The notes beneath the pieces were generated by a model, which had not been told where the DNA came from, made no database searches, and saw only the letters and a list, made by a program, of their open reading frames with translations. A stretch of 64,000 nucleotides of DNA from the NCBI RefSeq assembly GCF_018350175.1, contig NC_058383.1, forward strand, positions 14,262,001-14,326,000, in the 5' to 3' direction. This DNA comes from Felis catus. Taxonomy: Eukaryota. Every line of letters begins with the position of its first letter. The stretch's first letter is position 1. Position numbers and translations under genes: made by a program. Below are positions 25,216 through 37,224 of the stretch, piece by piece.

Positions 25216-26029
25216 CCAGAAGAAAATGGTCAGATTAATGATGTAGCATAATTTTCCAGGACTGTAGTTCATAAGCTTTCAGGTTAGAAGGTCCCGCCCC
25301 ATGTCTGTGGAATCACTGAAAAGAAAAATTAAACCCACATCACGGCATGTGAATGTTTTTGCACAACTTCTTAGATCACCCCTCTGTTTTCTAGCTGGGA
25401 TGCTGCCTGATTCATGAATGAATCATTTAATAAAGCCAGTGAGATCTTCAAATTAAAAAAATATGTAAATGTAAAATTTCAGAACAGCTTGGAGGAGGAG
25501 AGAGTCCTAAAAGCTTTCAGAGAGGAAATGTGGATCAAATGAATCGTTCGTATTGGATTGCACAGTAGCAACGCTGCACTCCAGGAGAGGAGTTGAAAAC
25601 ACTGCTTTCGACCTCAAATTCCGTGGTCAGCCATTGAATTCTTTGTGCCAAGAGGGAGCCCAGAGTAAACGTATTGCATTTCTGTAGGGTCTCCGCAATG
25701 GCCCCCTTCCCTGCATCTGTTTTCAGCAAGCTTCTCAAGGATATGCTCCAGTAAAACAAGGGAGTAAAGTGAGAAAGAGAGTGGCGATAGTATTGAAGAG
25801 ACAGGAGGGTACTAAAGGCAGATCCCGGGAAGCCGATGAAGGAATGTTCCAGAGTCACATTTCAGGGTGACAGCTGTGTCGCCGGCCAAGAGAGCAGGCG
25901 TTCCGCGTCGGAACAGGAGGATGGAGGGCTGTAGGCGGTATGTCTCCAAGGGAGGCCAGGGGACAGAATTATTTGATTACCTAATGTTTTTGACTACAGT
26001 AAGAATAATAATAATAATTACTATTATTG

Positions 26030-26489
26030 CTATTATTGTTGAGGCAATTGACATACATTATATTAGTTTCAGGTGTGCAGCATAATGGACGCGTGTGTAC
26101 GTTGTGAACAGACTGCGGCAAGTCTGGCCAGTGTAGTTAACGTCGGCACATCGGTAACAGGTTGTTTTTTCTTTTGAGATCTTCCGTCTCAGCAACTTTC
26201 ACATGTGAATACACTATTACCAACTGTAGTCGCCACGCCGTACGTTACATCCCCAGGACTTATTTTATTACTGGCAGTTTCTTCCTTTTGACTCGTTCAC
26301 CCACCCGCCTGCTTCTGGCAACTACCAGGCTCTTCTGTCAATGAGCTTGTTTTCAGATTCCACATATATGTGAAATCACCCAGTGCTTGTCTTCCTCCAA
26401 ATTATTTCACTTAGCCTAATGTGCCCTCCAGGTCCACCCATGTTGTCACAAATGGCAAGATTTCATTCTTTTTCATGGCTGAATAGTAG

Positions 26490-26561
<72 letters not shown>

Positions 26562-27220
26562 CATTTTCTTTATCCATTCATCCACTGATGGATGCTTACA
26601 GTGCTTCTGTATCTTGACTTCTGTAAATAATACTGCCGGGAACATGGAGGTGAAGGCATCTTTTTGAATTCGTGTTTTCATTTCTTTTTTCGGATAAATA
26701 TCCCAAAGTGGATTTGCTGGGTCTTACGGTAGTTCTATTCTTTATTTTTTTGAGGAACCTCCGTGCTCTTTTCCACTAATTTACATTCCCGCCAACGGTG
26801 CATAGGGATTCCCTTTTCTCCACATTCTTGCCAAAACTTATTCTTGTCTTTTTGATATTAGCCACGTGTGAGGTATTATCTTGCGGTTTGGATTGGCATT
26901 TCCTTTATGATGAGTGATGGGGAGCATCTTTCCATGTGCCTTTCGGCCCCCTGTATGCCTTCTTGGGAACAATGTCTGTTCAGCTTTTCTGCCCATTTTC
27001 TGATTGGATTGTTTATGGGTTTTTGTGCTATTGAGTTGTAGTACATTTCAATATTAATCCCTTCTCAGATATATGATTTGCAAATATCTTCTCCCATTTA
27101 ATAGGCTGCCTTTTCATTTTGTGGGTGGTGTTTTGCTTTGTTTTGTTTTGGTTTTCGCTGAGCAGAAGCTTTTTAGTTTGATGTAGTCCCACGTGTTTAT
27201 TTTTGTATTTCTTGTCTTCG
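26030..27220 (-). mobile_element. Older L1 3' end (ORF2 C-terminus + 3'UTR), degenerate
   Basis: ORF 26463..26681 (IQKDAFTSMFPAVLFT...HPSVDEWIKKM) is decayed L1 ORF2; contains (GT)n(GA)n at 26492-26560. Confidence 0.88.
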
Positions 27221-28022
27221 CAAGATTTTTTTTAACCATTCTTTTCAAAAGTTTGGGACTGAATTAGTGATAGAAACAGAAGGCAAAAAACACCAAACTT
27301 CTGACAAAGCAAAGCAATTGTTAGCCACGCGGTGGGGGGAGCAAGAGTTTCTTAAGAAAGGAACTTTAATTGTATATACACTCTGGCTCAGCTGGGGACA
27401 ATATAGTCACGCAAATGTAAACGCTGGATATTTACTTACCCGCAAATTATGGTATAGCTGTGTTAGGAGAAGGAGGGGGGCAAAATGTGTGTGGGGGCGT
27501 GGGGTGTATCGGGCCATTCAGTCTCCATCCGCAGAAACAGAAAATCAATTGAAAAGATATAAAATTTAAACATGAAGAAATAGTAGTGTCATCATTGTTG
27601 TTTAGGTACATGGAGATTACAGAAAGGAGACGGGACTGTATAGGTTTGATTTTCATAAAATGAAAGTTTAATGAAGCATTCAGTGTAATCTACACCAGGA
27701 AAACATTGAGCGCAGGCTAGGCAGGGCGAAAGTATGGGAGAAGAAAGGAAGAGATAGGTTCGGTGACGTGACCACATTTGCCTTTTTTAGATTGTTCTGG
27801 CAGCTATCTGGAAGCCGAATTGGAAGGTGGAATGGGGGATGAACTTGAGGGATTGCTCATGGGCCCTATAGGGAAACCAGAGGTACCACTGCAAATAAAT
27901 TCTGGGTTCCACGGCAAAAGTTACCAACTTAACCTTTGCTAAATTGCGGATTAACCGTTGCCATCCAAGAGCGGCAAAGGATTTACCTGTAGAAGCTCTG
28001 ACATCTGAGCCCTGGGGGTGCC

Positions 28023-28233
28023 GCAGGGCATTTAAGAGAAGACAGCCTGGGCCAGAGGACTGGGCAAGTTCTTGGATTTGAGGGTGCGGGGAACAGCACA
28101 TCCACTTTGGGCTGGAACAGAGCTTCGAGAGTGAACTGCGGAAAGAGAAATTGGAGGGGAGGCAGGTGGCCAGATTGTGAGGGACTTAAGTGCCCGCCTG
28201 GGTTCCAGCAGGGACTTTATCGTGGTCAGTGGA
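28023..28233 (+). repeat. Local direct duplication, copy A (211 bp)
   Basis: Aligns end to end with 29394-29595, with scattered substitutions and one 9-nt indel. Confidence 0.95.
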
Positions 28234-28984
28234 GGGGAGGCAGGTGTCTGGGGCCGGGGTAGTTTCCTTCCTCCCATGCAGTCCGAGCCCAGGAGAAAGT
28301 ATCCCCTGATGGTTAAGATCCTTTTTGTGAAGTCCTCCCAAGTGTGGGGGATTTAAATCAGCAGGTTTCAACTGAATTTTTGTACAGAAGCTTATGTTGC
28401 TTTAATTCTTACTGTTTTATTCTCATGCCATGCTTAAGAAATTTGTTTTTCTTATAAATGTGAAGGAAGTTTTAGATAGTGGTGGGATTAACCATTTGTT
28501 TCTGTTGCACGCAAATGGCTTCCAAAATGTTGTTTTCCGTTTCATTTCAATTCTGTGTGGTTTTTTTTCTTTCTTCCACCGGACAGATAGTTTAAATCTG
28601 TATGAATCCCAAACTGTCAATCTTGCCAATTTCATTTCTTCGCTGCTTTGAAGCCGAGAAAGATACCATCCCTCGGAAACACTTAATAAATATTCTATTC
28701 TGTTCATGTTGCTTTTCCGTGACTCTTCTGTTTAGCTCTTTTATCCACCTAGGGTTTATTTGAGAATATGGTACCAGGTATGTATCTTTTGTGTAAAATG
28801 GCTGTCCGTTTCTTTTCAAAGCAGCTTTTGCCAAAAAACTTGTAAATCACTCTTGTTTGGAGGTGCTATGTTTAATGCAGTTTGTATGTTTCATATATGT
28901 GGGCTTCTTTTCTAAGTTGTACACTGTTCCTTTGGCCTCATGGGTTTTTTTTTCTTTCTTCTTTCAAAAAAGCTATTAAAAATG

Positions 28985-29204
28985 CTTTTTAAACAATTTT
29001 TAATGTTTATTTCTGAGCGAGCGAGAGAGACAGTAGCATGAGTGGGGGAGGGGCCGAGAGAGGCGGAGACACAGAATCCGAAGCAGGTTCCAGGCTCTGA
29101 GCTGTCAGCACAGAGCCCGACGCGGGCTCGAACTCATGAACCGCGAGATCATGACCTGAGCTGAAGTCGGATGCTTAACTGACGGGAGCCACCCAGGCGC
29201 CCCC
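28985..29204 (-). mobile_element. Can-SINE
   Basis: Typical body; TSD approximately aaaatg(c/g)ttttt. Confidence 0.93.
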
Positions 29205-29393
29205 AAAATGGTTTTTGATGGAAGTCTCCAGTCAATCTGCCGGGCACTGTGCTGGCAGCACGGAGAGGAGCCAGGCCCTCTCGGAAATCCGAGAGCGTGG
29301 GGAGGCAGATGGATGTTCGCAGGAGTCAGAGAGCAGTGCAAAGGTAGCCTTGGTCATACTGGCCAGAGGGGAGCTTTTCTCTCCAAAGAGAAG

Positions 29394-29595
29394 GCAGGGC
29401 ATTTAAGTGAAAACAGCCTGGGCCAGAGGACTGGGCAAGTTCTTGGTGCGGGGAACAGCACATCCACTTTGGGCTGGAACAGAGTTTCGAGAGTGAATTG
29501 CGGAAAGAGAAGTGGGAGGGGAGGCAGGTGGCCAGATTGTGAGGCACTTGTGTGCCAGCCTGGGTTCCAGCAGGGACTTTATCATGGTCAGTGGA
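29394..29595 (+). repeat. Local direct duplication, copy B (202 bp), within an L2-like remnant (~29210-29720)
   Basis: gcagggcatttaag...ggtcagtgga shared with 28023-28233. Confidence 0.95.
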
Positions 29596-31407
29596 TGCCG
29601 ACGAAGGGCATGAGGCAAGATGGTACTCTTGGTACAATCCCTTTTTTTTTGATTTGATAATGATTAACTCTGGCAGGAATGCGTAGGATAGGTTGCAGCA
29701 GATGGGGGCTGGTAGGTTGGCTGAATATATTTAGTCTTTGCTCCATCCACCCATTTGTGGAGTGCCAACCGAGTGCTAGGCCTTATCCAATGGGGAGGAT
29801 ATTGTCCCTCTAATAATAGAGTTTTATTATTATCATACTATTTTTATGGAAATGGTTTCTCTGTAGCAAACCAAGAACTAGGCAGGGATGGAGCAGGCGG
29901 GCAGATTCGAGAAAAACTTTCTGGGAATCGGTCAGATGAGGCCATTAATTGGATATGGATGAAGTGGGCACAGTCAGAAGTTTCTAGCTTGGGAGACCGC
30001 GTGAAGTGATTTCGTTAAGCGTGAGAGAGCCCTGCAAAGGCTCGTGTTTTGCATCACAGACGGTAGTTTTGTTTGTCCGCGTTTTCCCTTCGGGGGGGTT
30101 TTCTCGAGGCAACCACGAGACGAATGTGCCAGCTTCGTTCATCACGTGACAACGTGTGCTTGCGCGAGGCGGTGACATTTGGTGACACCAGAAGCCAGCT
30201 AAGGCTTTAAAAACCCCACTCCTGTCCCTTGCGGAGATCTCCCGTTCTATATCGTATCATGTGGCGTATTAACGATCTCCTTGCCTGATTATCTGGTAAT
30301 AGGGGGGAGGTACCACCCAGCAGCACAGAAATCCGTCTGTGCTTATGAAAGCCACCGCTGAGATCCTTGCACACTTTTTATGGCTGGCCTCCTCCTCCCA
30401 GATCGTGTCGGTAATTTATGGGCAGTTTCTACTGCTGTTATCTTCAATTTCTCCTTTGGCCTCCTGCTTATAAATCCACATGCCAGGTTTCTTTGGAATT
30501 CATTTTGCTTCACTTAGAAAGCCCCCTCTTTCCTTCACTGCCACAAATTCTAACCGGTTACATTCCAACGATGTCCCCGCATTGGACACACCTGGCCGTG
30601 GGATGTCTGTGGACCGTCTTCGTGTCATATCCGGAGGACAGCTGCACGTGTGGGTATGGAGGTCAGGAATGACATCCGGGCTGACCCTGGAGATTTGAGA
30701 AGCATCCAAGTCCAGTGGGTATTATTGTGGGCGGAGTCTGTGTGTGTATGCAGGTGACGGTGTTATAATTACCCGATTCAAGTTCTCTGCCCCCTGTGAA
30801 AACGAAGCATCTGATTATTGAATCGGTGACTGGGCTTTTTTTTTTTTTTTTTCTGAATCGTTTCTCCGGTGATCAATATCCCGTGTCTCGTAGGTTGGTT
30901 TTCTAGTAGAGCGAACGCACCTTAAAGAAGGTCAAGAATCCTGTGTTACACTTTGTCTTTCACAGATGTGGGCACAGAGGGTAACTGTCCCATAAATACT
31001 TGTTGGTCGACGTTATAAATCGGTGCCTGCTTAGGAGTGTCTCTGAATCACTAACCACGATAATTATTCCCTTTTATTGACTGCCTTTTATGTTTTGTCA
31101 CTGTGCTGCATGTTTTATTGATCTTGTTGAAATTTAACTGCTCTCTGAAGGAGCTGTTCCCCTCTCTGTTTGATAAATGAGTTGAAGGAGGTTAGGAGAG
31201 GTTGAGCAACCTGCCCGAGGTCGCACAGCCCGTAAGTGCTGGAGCCTGGAGTCACACGCAGCTCTGTGTGCATCTTCGAGGCCTGTGCACTTGCCCGCAC
31301 ACCCAGGTTCCTCTTCGGGCCGTGCCCTGAACCTTCTAGTCCACGCTGGCACCGTCAGAAGGAAGAGAGATTCTGAGTCCGAGGAACAGGACAGTTTCTT
31401 CGGAGAG

Positions 31408-31435
31408 GTGTGTGTGTGTGTGTGTGTGTGTGTGT
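31408..31435. repeat. (GT)n microsatellite
   Basis: Directly visible. Confidence 0.93.
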
Positions 31436-31879
31436 CCGCGTGCATCTACTTCCTTCGTTTGCTTCTCTTCGTCCCTTTTACCCCTTCCAACTGTAACAAA
31501 ATTCCCCCACCACGAAACTGCATTTTGAATTTGATTAAGTGGTGCACATAAGGCCCCCTCGTATGTGGTGTGGTATAATCGAAACTCTCTTTAAGGGATA
31601 CAGTATTTTGGGGGGCAAAACTCAGAAAAAATGAAGAGTGCGATATTTACAAGTTTAGGGAGTGTCTTACCATAGAGTTGATTTCCTCTAGAGGAAGGAA
31701 CTTCTTTGGCCAGAACTGGTCCTCACCCACAGTGATGGGAATATGCAAACGGCGTGGTGCCCTTGGTTTAATGTCCCATCACTCCCAAAGTATTTGTGGG
31801 TGAACGTCGATCCCACTTTTGTGGGTTCCTTGGGTCTGAAGAGCGTGTCTCCATCACTTCAAAACCTTGATCCGAGAGC

Positions 31880-32160
31880 TTTTATAGAGGTCAAGAGCAT
31901 GGACTTGGAAATCTGTCTGAGTTCCAAGCCTAGCTTTGCCTCTTCCTAGCTCTGTGCCTGTGGGCAAGTTATTGAACCTTTCAGTGCCTCGGTTTCCTCA
32001 TATGTAAGGTGGTGATGTGATGGTGTTTACTTCATGGAATTGTTGTGGGGAGTAAATCGATTATGTCTTGGGAGCTCCATAGACTGATCTACCAGGCCAC
32101 CGTCTGAGCCTTTTCTCGTATACGAATGATACCTGATCCATAAATATTAGCTATTGTTAC
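31880..32160 (+). mobile_element. MIR
   Basis: ctagctctgtgcctgtgggcaagttattgaacctttcagtgcctcggtttcctcatatgtaa MIR core. Confidence 0.8.
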
Positions 32161-32580
32161 ATCTTAAAGATCCTTCATCATACATAACTCTTATCCTTAA
32201 AACACCTTGCATGTAATGACAGAATCGTTGGGAAAATATCTACCTGAAGAGTAGGGCACAGCTGTATGTCTCTAATTTGGAAAACTCAAATCTAGCGTAA
32301 CGAGTATTTTCTCGTCGTCAAGTGGGCACAAAAATCCAGGGGACCCAGCCTGAGACAGATGCCAGGCTGGGATGAGCTCCTGGGAAGGACTTCCCCAGGA
32401 TCTTCCCAGCTGACTCAGAAGGCCCAGCTTTGGGATCTACCATAGCCTCCGTATGAAGGAAGGTCAGTTGGGTGTTCTGAGGGCATAGGACGCGTAGCAG
32501 AAGGCGGCGGGATGCTATCAGCTGCCGCCTGCCCCTGCTTTGCCATCACCGACAGCAATCGGACTAAAAAAGGCAGTTTA

Positions 32581-32911
32581 CAGTCAGCCCTTGAATGACG
32601 TGGGGGTTAGGAGGCGACAATCTGCCTATAACATTTGGCTCCCTAAAATCTTAACTACGAATAACCTACTGCCGACCAGAAGCCTAACTCGTAACAGAAA
32701 CGGTTGATTAACACATATTGTATATGTCACATGCATTATACGTTGCCTTCCTACCATAAAGTAAACTAGAGCTAAAAGGAGATGCGATTAAGAAAACCAT
32801 CAAGAAGAGAAAACACATTTACGGGGCTGTTCTGCCAAAAATCCGCGAATGAGGCATTCACGCAATTCAAACCCTGCTTGAGTCCAATTCAGACAGTTCA
32901 AGGATCAGTTG
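32581..32911 (+). mobile_element. Tigger2a-like non-autonomous DNA transposon
   Basis: Terminal inverted repeats cagtcagcccttgaa / ttcaaggatcagttg, flanked by TA on both sides (32579-80, 32912-13); internal ttaactacgaataacctactg...ccagaagcct motif. Confidence 0.85.
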
Positions 32912-33852
32912 TAATCTGTGTTCTTTACCTTTGCAAAAATTGAAATGATTTCTTTCACCACATGTTAAAATATTTTTTTTTCCGTGTGAAGGGCTGAATG
33001 TTGAAAAGCCCAGAATGGTTCTCAAAGGAAGTTCTTTGGAGCTTGCAAAAGAAGTAGGTTGCTGGGCTCAACGGAGTCCTTGGTCTGAAGTCTTGGCCAC
33101 TCTCGATGAATTAATTCCTTATATGGAGAACCTCTGAGAGGGTAAGAGAGTTTTAAGAGATTGGGTGTTATTCCGCTGTGGCCTCGTGTTCTCAGTGAAG
33201 TTTTGAGTTTTGAGACTTTCTGTGCAGCCACTCCAATGTGGAGCCTGACCCGGCCTCTGAGGCTGGCCGTTGGCCTGGGGCAGCTGTGGGGAGGGCGAAG
33301 GAGGTTCTGCCTCATCTTCCAGGCTGGTCTGGGGTGCGCACAGCACAAAGAGAACCCTTTGTGGCCTCAGTCAGATGCTCCTGCCTTAAAATCCCCGACC
33401 GTTACAGTCAAGAGGCAGATGGCCCAATTTTCATCATTATTTCCTGCCTTTTTTTGCAACCGTGGAATCTTGGAAAAAATGTGATTATTCAGACAGAGGT
33501 CTTCTGGAATGTTCTTTGGGTAAAAGTGTGAAAAGTGGAAGCTCTAGGGCTCACATCCCTGCTTGTCTAAAGGCATGGATTCTCCCAACATGGCAGTTCT
33601 CTGTCTTGACCAGGCGTTGAAATCACCTGGGGAACTTGCCCCATTGGGATGCCGATACTCTCCCCGACAGCGATCGACTCACAATCTCGGGGAGTGGGGC
33701 CAAGCATCAGTATTGTTTTCTGTGGTTTTTGTTGAAGCTTCCCACTTACCCCCGTATCTCATCAGATTGATACTCAGCAGGCTTATCATGTTTCTGGAAG
33801 TGTGGCCCTTGCATTTGACCTGCCAGGGCTGCGGGTTAAAACTGTGAAGTCT

Positions 33853-34068
33853 TGGGGTGCCTGAGCAGCTCAGTCCGTTAAGCGTCTGACTCTCGATTTC
33901 GGCTCAGGTCATGATCTCATAGTTTTGTGGGATCGAGCCCTGCATCGGGCTCTGCGGTGACCTCGGGAGCTTGCTGGGGATTCTCTCCCTCTCTCTCTGC
34001 CCCTCCACTGCTTGCGTGCGCTCTCTCTCTCTCTCTCTCTCTCTCAAAATAAATTAATTAAAAAAAAA
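33853..34068 (+). mobile_element. Can-SINE (older)
   Basis: Head, (CT)n, A-tail; degenerate TSD. Confidence 0.92.
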
Positions 34069-34265
34069 CCGTGTCAAGTTTTTGGCCCTGCTAGTTAGAT
34101 TCGCCTCCCAGTTAGCCCCCTAGAATGGGGAGCTATAAATCTTCATCCTCACAAACTGATTCACCTGTGTGATTTCACCTGCGTGATTCTTGTTTTTAAA
34201 ACTTTGAGCGTCTTGGGACCCCACCATTTTCTGAGATGGGAGAAAATTGGTGGAAGAGAAAACGA

Positions 34266-34293
34266 GGGGCAGGGCAGGGCAGGGCAGGGCAGG
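34266..34293. repeat. (GGGCA)n pentanucleotide repeat
   Basis: Five GGG tracts directly visible. Confidence 0.9.
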
Positions 34294-34426
34294 ACTTTGC
34301 ACGCTTGGGGAAGTTCTCATCCTTCCTTATTGGTTTACCTTCCCTCCTACCCCTGTTCCCTCCCATCCCATGTCGTCCAGAGCATCCATTTGATAAATGA
34401 AACTGAATAGAAATCAACCTCATTTT

Positions 34427-34642
34427 GGGGCATCTGGGTGGCACAGTCAGTTAAGTGTCTGACTTCCGCTCAGGTCATGATCTCGCTATTCATGAGTTCA
34501 AGCCCCGCATCGGGCTCTGTGCCGACAGCTCAGAGCCTGGAGCCTGCTTCGGATTCTGTGTCTCCTTCTTTCTCTGCCCCACCCCTGCTCACGCTCTGTG
34601 TCTCTCTCAAAAATAAATAAACACTAAATATTAAAAAAAAAA
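34427..34642 (+). mobile_element. Can-SINE
   Basis: Perfect TSD agaaatcaacctcattttg (34409-34427 and 34643-34661). Confidence 0.96.
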
Positions 34643-35441
34643 AGAAATCAACCTCATTTTGAATGATCTTTCTTTTTGTACTTTATTATACCCCCGTGAA
34701 ACGGTGGAGAACCCTCCAGAGTGTTTCAAACATAGAGACTAGGGTCGAAAGACAGATTCACAGCTGAGATGCTGTTTGTGCTACCAAGGGCATCGTAAGC
34801 ACGGGGGTCAAAGATTTAGCTAATTTTTAAGAAAGGACTCCACTTCTTGAGGCAGTGCCAGCCTGGCTGCCCCAAAATTTATGAATTGGCAAAGTTAATT
34901 TAATCTTTCATTTGAACCTGAGAGGATTCTCATCTAAATGCATTGAAGCGAGGTTGCGGGAAAGATTCCCTTCCATTTCGGTTCCAGAGAGCTTCCTGGA
35001 CCAGTTCCAGTTGCTTGCACGGGGAACTTGAAACCTGCAGAGAGAAATCCAACGTGAACCTCGTCCTGTCTATGCAAATGCCTCCGCTCTGTGGCGTGTT
35101 TACAACGGCCAGGGTTCTTGAGTACCAAATGCATGTTCCCCAGATGTAGATGTGACCATGGGAAATGGAATTCTTGATTTATAACCTTACGTCAAACCAG
35201 CGTTGGGATTTACAGCCGTGGTTGTCCTTGCTTCTGCAGCCCTTTGATGCTGTACGTCGGGACTGCAGGCATGTCTGAACCATAGACAACCAGCTCACCT
35301 CTAGTAATATTCAGAAATTCCCACAATGCCTGTACCTGGGGACTCTGGCAGTCTGCAACCTGTGTCCTTCTAGGGGATTCTCCTGCCTGCCCAGACCTAC
35401 TGCCTCTCACCGTAGCAGTGCACCTGAGTTAAAACAAATTC

Positions 35442-35493
35442 CCTCTCTCTCTCTCTCTCTCTGTCACACAGACACACACACACACACACACAC
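35442..35493. repeat. (CT)n(CA)n microsatellite
   Basis: Directly visible; a poly-T of about 30 nt follows at 35663-35692. Confidence 0.9.
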
Positions 35494-35659
35494 CCCACTT
35501 GAGAAAGCCCAAGCCAGCCTACACGAGCCCGGTGTATGCAGCCTGCCGAAGTCCACTCTGATTTGTCTAGTGGCTAGTTATGTGAAATTCTCTCCTGAAA
35601 ACCCTTGTTTCTCAGCCCTGGATATAATCAATAGAGGCAAATGTCTCTGCAATCATCAG

Positions 35660-35696
<37 letters not shown>

Positions 35697-36551
35697 GTGT
35701 GGAGTTCTTGGTTGTTTCCGTTCTGTGAGTAAACGTCCCCCGAAGTGGCAGCCGGGGAAGTGCCACGGTGCTCTGTAACAAGGTGAGATTTACAGCGCTG
35801 TGAGAGCTGGGGGGCGGGGGGGGGATGCATGAGGCTTCTGGCGGAATGGGCGAAATGGGCTAAATTCAGGTATTAATGGGAGTGCTCTGTGCACACTGCA
35901 GAGGGAGACAGGCTCATCAGTATTACAGATGGAACGTCCTTGGAGTTAATTTAGAAAAAATTCTGATCAGCCGACAGAGCTTTGAGGATGGATGCAGGCA
36001 AAAGAAGACTGTGGCATATGGAGAGAACATATTTGTTCTTGGAAAATCAGGAGAAAATGTTTAATGTCATCATAACCTCATTTGCATAAAAATAGTCATA
36101 GGCAACAAACCAAATGAAAGCAAGAGAAGACGTGAGAGAACCAGTGCCGGGTCGAGTTGCATTTCATTATGAGGAACATAAATAATTCAGTCGAATAAAT
36201 AAATACAAAATCGCTTCAAGTAGACGTACCGCGAATTACCGTTCCTTGAAAACCCCTTTAATGGTACGTGTTGCGGTGGCGAGGGAGCGGGATGTGCCTC
36301 TGTGGGCAACGCGTTTCTCTACGCTTGACCCTTGATGATGACGTCGAGCTCTCCACAACTCTCAAATGCTTTGTGGACACACGTGAAATTTTCTGTCACC
36401 CAGGCCTATTCATAACATGACCTTGAAGAAGGTCTTAGATCTTCGTCGTGGTGAATCCGGTCCCGCTTTGCATGTGGGTTCACTTACACGGTATCTGATC
36501 ACGGGAAGTTTGAGGAGTCTAGGACTGCCCTACGCCAGATACAGAATTCTT

Positions 36552-36980
36552 TTATTTTAAATTTTTTAATGTTCATTTATCTTTGAGAGAGAGACAGAGC
36601 CCGAGTTGGGGAGGGCAGAGAGAGAGGGAGACCTAGAATCAGAAGCAGGCTCCAGGCTCAGAGCTGTCCACACAGAGCCCAACATGGGGTTCAGACTCAC
36701 GAACCTTGAGATCATGACCCGAGCCAAAGTTGGGTTCCTAACCAACTGAACCACCCAGGCACCCCCAGAATTCTTTTTTTAAAATGCTCATTTATTTTGA
36801 GAGGGAGAGAGAGAGAACAGGGGAGGAGCAGAGAGAGAGAAGGAGAGAGAGAGAATTCTAAGGAGGTTCCACACTCAGCACAGAGCCCCACACGGGGCTC
36901 AATCCCATGAACCATGAGATCACAACCTGAGTCGAAATCAGGAGTCGAGCGCTCAACCAACTGAGCCACCCGGGTGCCCC
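36552..36980 (-). mobile_element. Two tandem Can-SINEs (36552-36765 and 36776-36980)
   Basis: Two complete elements separated and flanked by cagaattctt copies. Confidence 0.95.
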
Positions 36981-37224
36981 AATACAGAATTCTTAATAAA
37001 TGTTTGGAACCCCGGTGGCAGCATTGGAGCCATTGTTGTTGTCTTACAAAGTCTGTTCAGGAGAATTCTTTGTTTGACTATAAATTGTGGCATGGAGGAA
37101 ATTGATAGAATTTATTAGCTAATTGATTTCAATAAACACTTTCAAGGACTGTGTAGAGAGCCAGGGGCAGGTTCTGTGGGAATTGTAACAGATGGGTGTC
37201 ACACACACAAACACGAATGTATTT

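Larger units (their letters stand above)
23700..25990 (+). mobile_element. Very old L1/HAL1-like 5' and ORF1-region remnant, interrupted by two SINEs
   Basis: A-rich degenerate sequence, e.g. agagtcctaaaagctttcagagaggaaa; family uncertain. Confidence 0.4.
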
